The notes beneath the pieces were generated by a model. The model worked only from the letters and a program-made list of their open reading frames with translations. It was not told where the DNA came from and searched no databases. From assembly GCA_033852075.1 (NCBI GenBank), contig JAWSVC010000006.1, positions 28 to 64,027 of the forward strand: a stretch of DNA of 64,000 nt, read 5' to 3'. Origin of the DNA: Gammaproteobacteria bacterium. GTDB taxonomy: Bacteria; Pseudomonadota; Gammaproteobacteria; QZLD01. Within the stretch, counting starts at the first letter, position 1; every line of letters starts with the position of its first letter. This document shows, piece after piece, positions 18,368-27,178 of this stretch. The position numbers and the translations under genes are program-made.

Positions 18368-18889
18368 ATGAAGATAATGCAAAAAATGATGTTTGCTGCC
18401 ACATTATTATTTGTTGTAATAGCAGCAAATGCACAAAACTGTAATGATAATATCATGCCAACTACTCCTGATAGTCGTTTTATTGATAATGGGGATGGTA
18501 CGGTCATCGACAAGCAAACAAATCTTATATGGATGCGTTGCATTTTGGGGCAAACTTGGACTGGTACAACCTGTACCGATGAAAATGTTGGATATACTTG
18601 GCAAGAGGCATTGCAGACAGCAGTTAGTTATAGCTTTGCTGGTAGTGATGGATGGCGTGTACCTAATAGCAATGAACTTGAGAGCATAGTAGAAAGAGCA
18701 TGCTATAAACCGGCAATTAATCTTAGTATTTTTCCTCAAACACCTAGTTCTTTAGTTTGGACGACAACACCCTATGTAGGTGATTACAACGGGGTGTGGA
18801 TTGTCGACTTTGAAGATGGTTATGAGGGGGGATTCTCTAAGACCATACCATTTATGAATGTTCGCCTGGTTCGTTCGGATATCGATTAA
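18368..18889 (+). CDS. secreted DUF1566 (Lcl C-terminal domain) protein
   Basis: Signal peptide MKIMQKMMFAATLLFVVIAANA. Then NGDGTVIDKQTNLIWMRC...GWRVPNSNELESIV...VRLVRS, paralogous to the C-terminus of the upstream lipoprotein. Confidence 0.8.
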   Translation: MKIMQKMMFAATLLFVVIAANAQNCNDNIMPTTPDSRFIDNGDGTVIDKQTNLIWMRCILGQTWTGTTCTDENVGYTWQEALQTAVSYSFAGSDGWRVPNSNELESIVERACYKPAINLSIFPQTPSSLVWTTTPYVGDYNGVWIVDFEDGYEGGFSKTIPFMNVRLVRSDID

Positions 18890-18910
18890 TTTTTGAATAT
18901 TTCAATGGAT

Positions 18911-18940
18911 AAAGGGTGCAATGTTTTGCGCCCTTTGCTT
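18911..18940 (+). terminator. Rho-independent terminator after DUF1566 gene
   Basis: aaagggtgc-aatgtttt-gcgcccttt hairpin (9-bp stem with one G-U), then gcttttat. Confidence 0.55.
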
Positions 18941-19135
18941 TTATAAGCTTTTCCTTAGAACCTTCATGTCAAATATATACTATACCACCACCAATTTTGC
19001 CAAACCCACATGACTCTGTTACCTTTTGCCTTGGGTTAAAAAATCAAAAACTCAACGGAACTTTTTTTCACTTTTATAATCTCTAAAAACATAAAAGTTA
19101 ATGGTCATATTTAGGGTTTGATTTAAGGTATAAAG

Positions 19136-20113
19136 ATGAGTACACAACAGCAGATAATCGATCTTAAAAATTATATTGATAAACATATTCTTGGGCAGAG
19201 TGAGCTTATCTCGCGCTTGCTGATTGCAATTCTTGCAGATGGTCATCTCCTGGTTGAAGGTGCTCCGGGATTGGCAAAAACCACAGCAGTTAAGGTGCTT
19301 GCTTCTGGTATAGAGGGGGATTTTCACCGGGTTCAGTTTACTCCTGACCTTCTTCCTGCTGACCTGACTGGTACTGACATTTATCGTCCGGAAACGGGTT
19401 CATTCCATTTTCAGCATGGCCCTTTGTTTCATAATATTGTTTTGGCGGATGAGATTAATCGTGCCCCGGCGAAAGTGCAGGCGGCATTGTTAGAAGCTAT
19501 GGGTGAAAGACAAATAACCGTTGGTAAGCAAACTTATCCGCTACCTAAATTGTTTATGGTGATGGCGACGCAAAACCCGATTGAACAGGAAGGAACCTAC
19601 CCGCTGCCAGAGGCGCAACTGGATAGATTTTTAATGCACGTTAAGGTTGGTTTTCCGCGTAAGGATACGGAAAAAGAGATCTTAAAGCTGGTACGTGAGC
19701 AGTCACTGGAGATGGAATCCGGTCAGGCAAAAGAAGAAAAGAGCTTTGCACCGATAAGAGAAGAGGTGATCTTCGCTGCGCGCAAAGAGATCCTAGAGAT
19801 AAATATGAGTGAGGATCTGGAGGAATATCTGGTACAGCTAATTTTGGCAACGCGTGAGGCTGGTGAGTATGGTGCTGACCTGCAGCGTTGGATAAGGTTT
19901 GGTGCCAGCCCGCGTGCAACGATAGCTTTGGATAGATGTTCTCGTGCCCATGCATGGCTTAATGGCCGTGATTTTGTTACTCCGGATGATATTCAGGTTA
20001 TTGCGCATGATGTTCTGCGCCATCGCATTTTGCTTACATTTGAAGCGGAGGCTGAAGGGATAAATCCAGACCATGTTATCGATGAATTATTGCAGAGGAT
20101 TGCCGTACCTTAG
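19136..20113 (+). CDS. moxR: MoxR-family AAA+ ATPase
   Basis: Walker A LLVEGAPGLAKTT, Walker B LADEINRA, plus the downstream DUF58/vWA context typical of MoxR. Confidence 0.92.
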   Translation: MSTQQQIIDLKNYIDKHILGQSELISRLLIAILADGHLLVEGAPGLAKTTAVKVLASGIEGDFHRVQFTPDLLPADLTGTDIYRPETGSFHFQHGPLFHNIVLADEINRAPAKVQAALLEAMGERQITVGKQTYPLPKLFMVMATQNPIEQEGTYPLPEAQLDRFLMHVKVGFPRKDTEKEILKLVREQSLEMESGQAKEEKSFAPIREEVIFAARKEILEINMSEDLEEYLVQLILATREAGEYGADLQRWIRFGASPRATIALDRCSRAHAWLNGRDFVTPDDIQVIAHDVLRHRILLTFEAEAEGINPDHVIDELLQRIAVP

Positions 20114-20145
20114 GTAGAAGTAAGGAGATAGCCGTAGGGGTAGCT

Positions 20146-21096
20146 ATGGAAACAGATATTCAATACGGAGTTGTTCCAGATCTTAAGGCTCTGGTCGATC
20201 TACGCCATTATGGCAAGGGGATTAAGTTCCCGCCGCGTCGTCGTGTTAGTGGCAGTTTGGCTGGTGGATATCTATCGAATATCAAGGGGCGTGGCATCGA
20301 TTTTGACGAGGTGCGTCAGTACAATCCTGGTGATGATATTCACAATATGGATTGGCGTGTTACCGCACGCATGAATAAACCGCACACCAAGGTGTTTAAA
20401 GAGGAGCGGGAGCGTCCGGTTTTCTTTGCTATCGATAACAGCAAATCTATGCAGTTTGGAACCAAACGGGTATTCAAGTCTGTTGCGGCTGCAGAGGCGG
20501 CAACGTTATTGGCCTGGGCTGCGAGCTCTAATAAAGATCGTATCGGCGGTCTAATATTCTCTGAAGATAATCATATAGAACTTAAACCCACTGCTGGTGA
20601 CAGAGGGGTGTTGCGTATGATTAATGCCATTTGCAACAGAAACAATATTAGTGCAGAAAACAAGCAGCTGCAGCAAGATCCTAAATTTCTGGAGCGCGCA
20701 TTACAGCGTCTGCGTTATGTTACCAAACCTGGCAGCGCAATCTTTTTGGCAAGTGATTTTTTTGAAGCTAGTGAAAATTGTTTTGAACAACTGTCGCAGT
20801 TGGCTCTGCATAATGAATTCTTTTTGCTCCATGTTTATGATCAGATAGAACACTCCATACCCCCGGCAGGTAGATACCGCATAAGCGACGGGGTAAATAG
20901 TTCTGAGATTGATTTAGAGGGGCGGGATAATCGTACTCGTTATCATGATTGGTTTGTTCACAGACAAGATGAGCTTATCGAATTTTGCAAAAAACACAGA
21001 ATAGGTTATATGCCGATTTGTACTGCTACCAACCCATATGAATTGGCTAAGGCATTTGTTCCACAATCCTTCTTGAATAAAGAGGTGAACAGGTAG
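20146..21096 (+). CDS. DUF58 family protein (vWA-like, MoxR operon partner)
   Basis: 316 aa directly after moxR with the DUF58-typical order. Contains FFAIDNSKSM (vWA-like DxSxS). Confidence 0.8.
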   Translation: METDIQYGVVPDLKALVDLRHYGKGIKFPPRRRVSGSLAGGYLSNIKGRGIDFDEVRQYNPGDDIHNMDWRVTARMNKPHTKVFKEERERPVFFAIDNSKSMQFGTKRVFKSVAAAEAATLLAWAASSNKDRIGGLIFSEDNHIELKPTAGDRGVLRMINAICNRNNISAENKQLQQDPKFLERALQRLRYVTKPGSAIFLASDFFEASENCFEQLSQLALHNEFFLLHVYDQIEHSIPPAGRYRISDGVNSSEIDLEGRDNRTRYHDWFVHRQDELIEFCKKHRIGYMPICTATNPYELAKAFVPQSFLNKEVNR

Positions 21097-21567
21097 ATGG
21101 ATGTAAAACTGGCAGTTCAGTTAAAGGATATTCACCTGCCACCAGAACCAGGTTTCTGGCCGCCGGCTATTGGCTGGTGGATTGTCTTGGTGCTGCTTTT
21201 ATTATCTGTTTTGGGATTGGTTTTTATTTGGATTAGATATAAACGCAAGGCTCCAAGGCGTGAAGCATTACTCCTCCTGAACGAGATAGAGAAAAGCTAT
21301 CTGTCTGATAAAGATATGGTTGCATATGTTACTCAAATAAATAAGTTATTGCGGCGTGCAGCCATGCAGGCCTTCTCGCGACAGCAGTGTGCAGGTAAAA
21401 GTGGGGAGGAGTGGTTAGAATTTCTGCAACAGCACTCCAAGGTTGATGGTTTTAACCAAGATGTTGGAAGGTGCTTGATAGAGGTTCCTTATAGCAAACA
21501 AGATATCCAGGTTGACCGTCAAGAGCTGAAAAATCTTACAGAGCATTGGATAAAGGAGAACCTATGA
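21097..21567 (+). CDS. DUF4381-like membrane protein of Bat operon
   Basis: N-terminus LPPEPGFWPPAIGWWIVLVLLLLSV typical of DUF4381. ATG immediately after the DUF58 stop. Confidence 0.65.
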   Translation: MDVKLAVQLKDIHLPPEPGFWPPAIGWWIVLVLLLLSVLGLVFIWIRYKRKAPRREALLLLNEIEKSYLSDKDMVAYVTQINKLLRRAAMQAFSRQQCAGKSGEEWLEFLQQHSKVDGFNQDVGRCLIEVPYSKQDIQVDRQELKNLTEHWIKENL

Positions 21568-22571
21568 ATATAGCTTACCCTTTACTTTTGTTGCTTTTGC
21601 CGCTGCCAATCTTGATGCGAATATTTATTCCATCCAGAGATAGGGCTGAAGGGGCTGCCATTTGGGTACCTTTTTATGCACAGATGTCTGGTTTGGGTGG
21701 AAGCATTGCGGTCGCAAAACGATCCTTGTGGAAGGCGATAATCATGGCCTTTATCTGGGTGTTGTTGGTGCTGGCGGCAGCACGTCCGCAGTGGTTGGGT
21801 GAGCCTGTAGATATCCCGGTCGAAGGTCGTAACCTGATGTTAGCCGTCGATGTTTCCGGCAGTATGCAAGAACAGGATATGCTGCTTAAAGGTGAGCAAA
21901 CAGATCGTCTGAGCATTGTAAAAAATATCGTCGAGCAGTTTATTGAAAAGCGTGTTGGCGACAGGGTTGGTTTGATTCTATTTGGCACCAATGCCTATAT
22001 TCAGGCACCGCTTAGTTTTGATAGAAAAACGGTTAATACCTTGGTGGATGAATCGGAGATTGGTATCGCCGGTGATAAAACCGCGATAGGTGATGCAATT
22101 GGGTTGGCGGTTAAACGCCTGCGCGAAATTGATTCCAAGGACAAGGTTTTGATATTGCTTACCGACGGTGAAAACACTGCAGGGGCGGTAGAACCAATTA
22201 AGGCTGGAAAGATAGCTGCAGATGCTGGTCTTAAAATCTATACCATAGGTATCGGTGCTGATGAGGCCTACCGCCGTACGTTTTTTGGTTATACCGAAAA
22301 ATACAATCCATCTGCTGGGTTGGATGAGAAAACCCTGCAACAAATTGCAACGGACACCGGTGCTAAATACTTTCGTGCGCGCTCTACCGATGAACTGAAT
22401 CAGATCTATCAAGAGATAGATAAACTTGAACCGGTAATGGGAGAGGGTGAGGTGTTCAGACCAGTTACAGAGTTGTATTACCTGCCGTTAACCATAGCCT
22501 TTATCCTTTCGCTGCTATTGGCGTTTTCCGGTGTTAAGAGTTTGCTTAATGAGCAAAAGGTAGGGCTATGA
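21564..22571 (+). CDS. batA: BatA-like vWA domain membrane protein
   Basis: Two N-terminal TM segments, MIDAS VDVSGSM, LLTDGENT. Start at MNIAYPLL (AAGGAGAA RBS). Confidence 0.8.
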   Translation: MNIAYPLLLLLLPLPILMRIFIPSRDRAEGAAIWVPFYAQMSGLGGSIAVAKRSLWKAIIMAFIWVLLVLAAARPQWLGEPVDIPVEGRNLMLAVDVSGSMQEQDMLLKGEQTDRLSIVKNIVEQFIEKRVGDRVGLILFGTNAYIQAPLSFDRKTVNTLVDESEIGIAGDKTAIGDAIGLAVKRLREIDSKDKVLILLTDGENTAGAVEPIKAGKIAADAGLKIYTIGIGADEAYRRTFFGYTEKYNPSAGLDEKTLQQIATDTGAKYFRARSTDELNQIYQEIDKLEPVMGEGEVFRPVTELYYLPLTIAFILSLLLAFSGVKSLLNEQKVGL

Positions 22572-24454
22572 TGGAAAATCTACACCTATTGCGCCCCTAC
22601 ATGTTATTGCTATTAATTCCGGCAGTGATGGCGATTGTCTTTTTGTTCTATCGCAAAAAGGCGCAAAACAACTGGGATAAGATTTGTGATAGTCATCTGC
22701 TGAAGCATCTAAGTATCGATACCGGTAAGGCAAGTGTTAGATTGTCTTTGATAGCGTTATTGGCGATGTGGACAATTGCTGTTGTTGCTATTTCCGGCCC
22801 TGCCTGGCGACAGGCGCCTCAGCCGGCATATCGCAATCAAAGTGCAACGGTTGTTGTGCTGGATCTCTCCTACTCGATGTTGGCGCAGGATATAAAACCT
22901 TCGCGTATTGAACGTGCTAAATACAAGGTGATTGACCTGCTGGAAAAAAGAAAAGATGGTCAACTTTCACTGGTGGTATTTGCTGGTGACGCCCATGCCG
23001 TTACCCCGCTTACCGACGATATAAATACCATAAAGGCACAGATAGAGCCGCTGGACCCCATGATTATGCCATTCCCTGGTAGCCGTCCAGATCAAGGGGT
23101 GACAAGGGCGTTGGAACTCTTAAAAAATGGGGTTGCCAAGAATGGTGAGATTATACTGCTTACCGATGGGGCAGAAGGGCATTGGCAACAACTTGAAGAT
23201 ATGGCAGCAGATGTTAATGCTGTAGGTCATACCTTGTCGATAATTGGAGTTGGTACTAAGGCAGGAGCACCTATTCCAGCAGAGGAAGGAGGATTTATCC
23301 AGGATAAAAGTGGTGCAATTGTTCTTCCGAAATTAGATGACGCCAAACTCAAACAAGCAGCGCGTGAAGGTGGTGGGCAATATATAACCATGACTGCAGA
23401 TGATAGAGATATAAATACAATTTCTAGATTTAATTTGAATAAAAAGCAGATAGATAAGGAAAAGAAACAGCAGGTGTCGGCATCATGGAGTGATGACGGT
23501 TATTGGCTGGTTTTTTTGGTGTTACCGATAGCCCTTTATTGTTTCCGTAAGGGGGTGGTGTTTAGTTTTATTCTGGCGTTAATGATATTGCCTTCTTTCT
23601 CCCATTCAGCAGAACCGGGTTTTTGGTCAAAGTTGTGGAAGAATCAGCAGCAACTAGGTGTCGAGCAGCTTAAAGATGGCGAATATGAAACTGCTGAACA
23701 AAACCTGCAAGGTGATACTCTTTGGAAAGGTGCTGCACAATATCGGGCGGGCAAGTTTGAAGATGCAATAAAAACGCTGGAAGGGGATGAAAGTGCTCTG
23801 GCAGATTATAATCGTGGCAATGCACTGGCACATATGGAACGCTATGAAGAGGCGATAGCTGCATATGAACAGGCTCTGGAAAAAGATCCGGAAAATCAGG
23901 ATGCAAAAGATAATAAGGAATTAATAGAGAAATATCTGCAGCAGCAGGAACAGCAGTCTCAGGATCAACAAAATCAAGATGGTCAAAAAGGTGAGAACCA
24001 GGAAGGTCAAAAACAAGACGGCCAAAAAGATGGAAGCCAGGAAGGTGCCGAGCAAAAGGGTGAACAGCAGGATGGGGAGCAAGAAGAGGCTGAGCAGTCT
24101 CAGCAGCAATCAGGGCAGCAGGATGATTCCCAACAACAAGAACCAGAGCAACAGCAGGATCTAACTCAGCAAAAGCAAGGTCAGAATCAGGAAGAAGAGC
24201 AGGAACAGGAAAAACAGGCGCAGCAAGCAAAACAGCAATCTGAAGAACAACCAGAGCAAGATAATGTTCAAGAGATGTTACAGGAAGATTCTGAACAGCC
24301 ATCAGTTGAAACAAAACCGCTGGACCAGAAGACTGAGCAATGGCTGCGTCAGATACCGGATAATCCTGGCGGGCTGTTAAAGCGAAAGTTCTATTATGAA
24401 TCCAAGAAAAAATATGACAAAGGCACGCTGCCAGATACAAAGAATCGGTGGTGA
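22568..24454 (+). CDS. batB: BatB/BatC-like vWA plus TPR protein with long Q/E-rich low-complexity region
   Basis: ATGA overlap with batA. MIDAS LDLSYSM. Second TM. TPR-like YNRGNALAHMERYEEAIAAYEQALEKDPEN. About 150 residues of Q/E/D-rich sequence (23940-24300). Confidence 0.75.
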   Translation: MMENLHLLRPYMLLLLIPAVMAIVFLFYRKKAQNNWDKICDSHLLKHLSIDTGKASVRLSLIALLAMWTIAVVAISGPAWRQAPQPAYRNQSATVVVLDLSYSMLAQDIKPSRIERAKYKVIDLLEKRKDGQLSLVVFAGDAHAVTPLTDDINTIKAQIEPLDPMIMPFPGSRPDQGVTRALELLKNGVAKNGEIILLTDGAEGHWQQLEDMAADVNAVGHTLSIIGVGTKAGAPIPAEEGGFIQDKSGAIVLPKLDDAKLKQAAREGGGQYITMTADDRDINTISRFNLNKKQIDKEKKQQVSASWSDDGYWLVFLVLPIALYCFRKGVVFSFILALMILPSFSHSAEPGFWSKLWKNQQQLGVEQLKDGEYETAEQNLQGDTLWKGAAQYRAGKFEDAIKTLEGDESALADYNRGNALAHMERYEEAIAAYEQALEKDPENQDAKDNKELIEKYLQQQEQQSQDQQNQDGQKGENQEGQKQDGQKDGSQEGAEQKGEQQDGEQEEAEQSQQQSGQQDDSQQQEPEQQQDLTQQKQGQNQEEEQEQEKQAQQAKQQSEEQPEQDNVQEMLQEDSEQPSVETKPLDQKTEQWLRQIPDNPGGLLKRKFYYESKKKYDKGTLPDTKNRW

Positions 24455-24572
24455 TAGATATGGTGCTGGTTTTATTCACTATGTTTGTGAACAAGCTCGG
24501 AGGCATGGATGCCGACGCGCAGCATACACGGATGTACTTGAAGCGTTTGTGAACAAATATAGTGAGTAAGTT

Positions 24573-26354
24573 ATGAGGATAGAAAAATTGAATAAGAAAA
24601 TTTTGCAGGTAGTTTCTTTTTTTTCGTTGCTGGCAATGTTTCAAGTCGCGATTGCGGCTACCGCATATGTTGATCGTAATACCATTGCAGTGAATGAAAC
24701 ATTTACTTTGTATATCGCAGTAGAAAATATCAGTGTTACAGGCGGCCCAGATCTCACTCCATTGGGAAAAGATTTTACTGTACTTAGTACATCGCAAAAT
24801 TCTAGTTTCAGTTATGGTAGCGGCGGCACAAGCAAAAAAACTGAGTGGCAAACGACGTTAGCGCCTAAAAAAATCGGTACGTTTCTTATTCCACCTTTAC
24901 AGTTAGGTAATGAAAAAACCAATCCGCTTACCATAATCGTAACCAAAGCTCCTAAAGCTAGTGCGGCAAATAAAAGCGATATTTTTATTGATGTGGAAAT
25001 TGATAGTAATTATGCCTATGTGCAGCAACAGCTGCTTTATACAATGCGTATATTTACCAGCAAGAACTTTAGTGCTAGTGCATTTTCACATATTGGCAGT
25101 GAAGATTTTAATGATGATAGAGTCAGGGTGATAAAGGTTGGTGATGAGCAACGTTACCGCTCGAAAATCAATAATAAAAACTACCAGGTTATAGAGCTAA
25201 AGTTTCTTGTATTTCCACAACAGGCAGGCAAGATAATTCTGCCGGCACCACAATTAGTAGCAACGCTGGGTGGCAGAAGAGATATTTTTGGAATGGACCC
25301 TTTTTCTACTCGACGTCAAAAGCAGATATCTGTCAGTGGTGAAGATATTGAGTTAGATGTGCAGCCGATCCCGCAGTCTTATTCCAGCAACTGGTGGCTG
25401 CCAGCTAAAAATGTGTCGATATCACAACAGTGGTCAGCAGATTTAAAACAGGCAAGGGTGGGGGAGCCAATTACTCGCACTGTGGTAATGATGGCGCAGG
25501 GAGCAAGGGCAGAAAATATGCCGGAATTTCCACAGCTAAAAATAGATAATGCCAAAATTTATCCCGATAAGGTGGAAAGGGATTCATCCTTTAACGGCCA
25601 AAATGTAATAGGTAAAACCATAAATAAGATGTTGATAATCCCTTCTAAAGCAGGAGAAATAGTTATCCCTGAAACCAAAATCACCTGGTGGGATGTTGAG
25701 AATAACCAGCAGCGTGAATCAGTTTTGCCAGCGCAAACATTAATAGTTAAAGCAGCAGCGCCGGTTGCAGGAATAACTTCGGGCGAAGCACAGCAGCCAA
25801 AAACAATTGAGCAAAAACATGATGAGATCCCGGTAGAAAAAGATGAGCAAATCAGTCAGCCCGAGCAGGAATCTCATGCAAAGCCTTTAGAAAAGGAGGG
25901 TGGTGATTGGTATTTAGAACTAACGCTGTTGCTAACTTTAGTCTTGATTATTATTGGATGGATTATAGACCACATTAGACTTAAGCGGCTGCTAAAACAC
26001 CCCGAAGCAGAAGATGAATCACAGCAAAAAACAGAGCATGAAAGGCAACTGCGTAAACATTTAAAACAGGCATGCCAAGGTTCAGGTGCAAAACAAGTAC
26101 GGCAGGCACTTCTTGATTGGGGCCGCGAGATTATCAAATACAAAAATCCTGTAACGCTTATCGATATTGGTAATCACTTTGATAACCAGATACTGCTAAA
26201 TGAAATAAGCCGACTTGAAAACGCCATCTATGGTCAAGGTGAATCAACATGGAATGGAGCAAACCTGTGGAATGCCATAGAGGGCGCGCTTAAAGAATCA
26301 AAGTCGGATGGAATAGATAACAATAATAAGTTGGAGCAGCTGCATAGGATATAG
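24573..26354 (+). CDS. batD: BatD-like (aerotolerance operon) protein
   Basis: 593 aa, signal peptide, late TM helix (WYLELTLLLTLVLIIIGWII). Position after batA/batB. Confidence 0.65.
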   Translation: MRIEKLNKKILQVVSFFSLLAMFQVAIAATAYVDRNTIAVNETFTLYIAVENISVTGGPDLTPLGKDFTVLSTSQNSSFSYGSGGTSKKTEWQTTLAPKKIGTFLIPPLQLGNEKTNPLTIIVTKAPKASAANKSDIFIDVEIDSNYAYVQQQLLYTMRIFTSKNFSASAFSHIGSEDFNDDRVRVIKVGDEQRYRSKINNKNYQVIELKFLVFPQQAGKIILPAPQLVATLGGRRDIFGMDPFSTRRQKQISVSGEDIELDVQPIPQSYSSNWWLPAKNVSISQQWSADLKQARVGEPITRTVVMMAQGARAENMPEFPQLKIDNAKIYPDKVERDSSFNGQNVIGKTINKMLIIPSKAGEIVIPETKITWWDVENNQQRESVLPAQTLIVKAAAPVAGITSGEAQQPKTIEQKHDEIPVEKDEQISQPEQESHAKPLEKEGGDWYLELTLLLTLVLIIIGWIIDHIRLKRLLKHPEAEDESQQKTEHERQLRKHLKQACQGSGAKQVRQALLDWGREIIKYKNPVTLIDIGNHFDNQILLNEISRLENAIYGQGESTWNGANLWNAIEGALKESKSDGIDNNNKLEQLHRI

Positions 26355-26465
26355 TAATCAACGGGTGTCAGTAGTCATTTTGCTAAAAACTAAAGACTTT
26401 GATACCTTTGGGTTGAGCGTTACTATTCAAAAGTATGCAGCACGGATAGAGGAAAAAATAACACA

Positions 26466-26807
26466 ATGGCCAAGTACTCCAAAAACAAAACAGCAGTATC
26501 AGAAGAAACCAAAGAAGAGGCAATGAAGGTTGCCAAGGCCACCCAGCGTCCGGGTCAGACCAAAGAGCAAACCAAGCTGATTGCGCAGGGTATCCAAAAG
26601 GGGATTGAGCAATATAAAAAGCAACAAAAATCCAAGGCCAGAGAATTGGATAAAAAGATTAAAAAGGTGAATGCGCAGAAGTCAGAATCAGATAATCAAG
26701 AACCGGAAATTATCACTGAAACCAAAACCAGTATTTTGCCGTGGGGGTTATTGGTTATATCTTGGATTGGTTTTGCAGTTTATCTGTCATTAGCAGGAAA
26801 AGTTTAA
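26466..26807 (+). CDS. small basic protein with C-terminal TM helix (hypothetical)
   Basis: 113 aa, lysine-rich, C-terminal WGLLVISWIGFAVYLSLAG. Confidence 0.45.
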   Translation: MAKYSKNKTAVSEETKEEAMKVAKATQRPGQTKEQTKLIAQGIQKGIEQYKKQQKSKARELDKKIKKVNAQKSESDNQEPEIITETKTSILPWGLLVISWIGFAVYLSLAGKV

Positions 26808-27178
26808 TATTGGTTGCATATGCTGCTTGGTATGTTAGTGGTTGGTTATGTATAAATATCGTACTTTAGTATGATTTTTAGTTGAAGTGCTCATTATAAT
26901 CAGAAAATATATTTTTACTTGTTTGTTGTTAATTGTATGAAAATAAAGCATTAAGTTTTCGACAAGTGTTTATTAATAAAATTATTATATTTGTATAATA
27001 ACCATTTCTATTGTTAGGTCTGCGTTGACCGCCCCTCTTTTATAATTAAAAATCCTTTAATTTACATTTCGGCATTTTGTAAACGTTGAATATAAAACTT
27101 TATTAATGGATAGAAATTGCGAATAAGCGGATTATGGACATTAAAAATCCGTCGCTAAATAATTTTGGAGGAAAATTT

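Noticed and set aside
23670-24851. 393-aa minus-strand ORF
   Set aside because: It lies antisense to the batB Q/E-rich low-complexity region. CAG/GAA-rich coding DNA gives a long stop-free Leu/Phe-rich shadow frame. No RBS, implausible composition.
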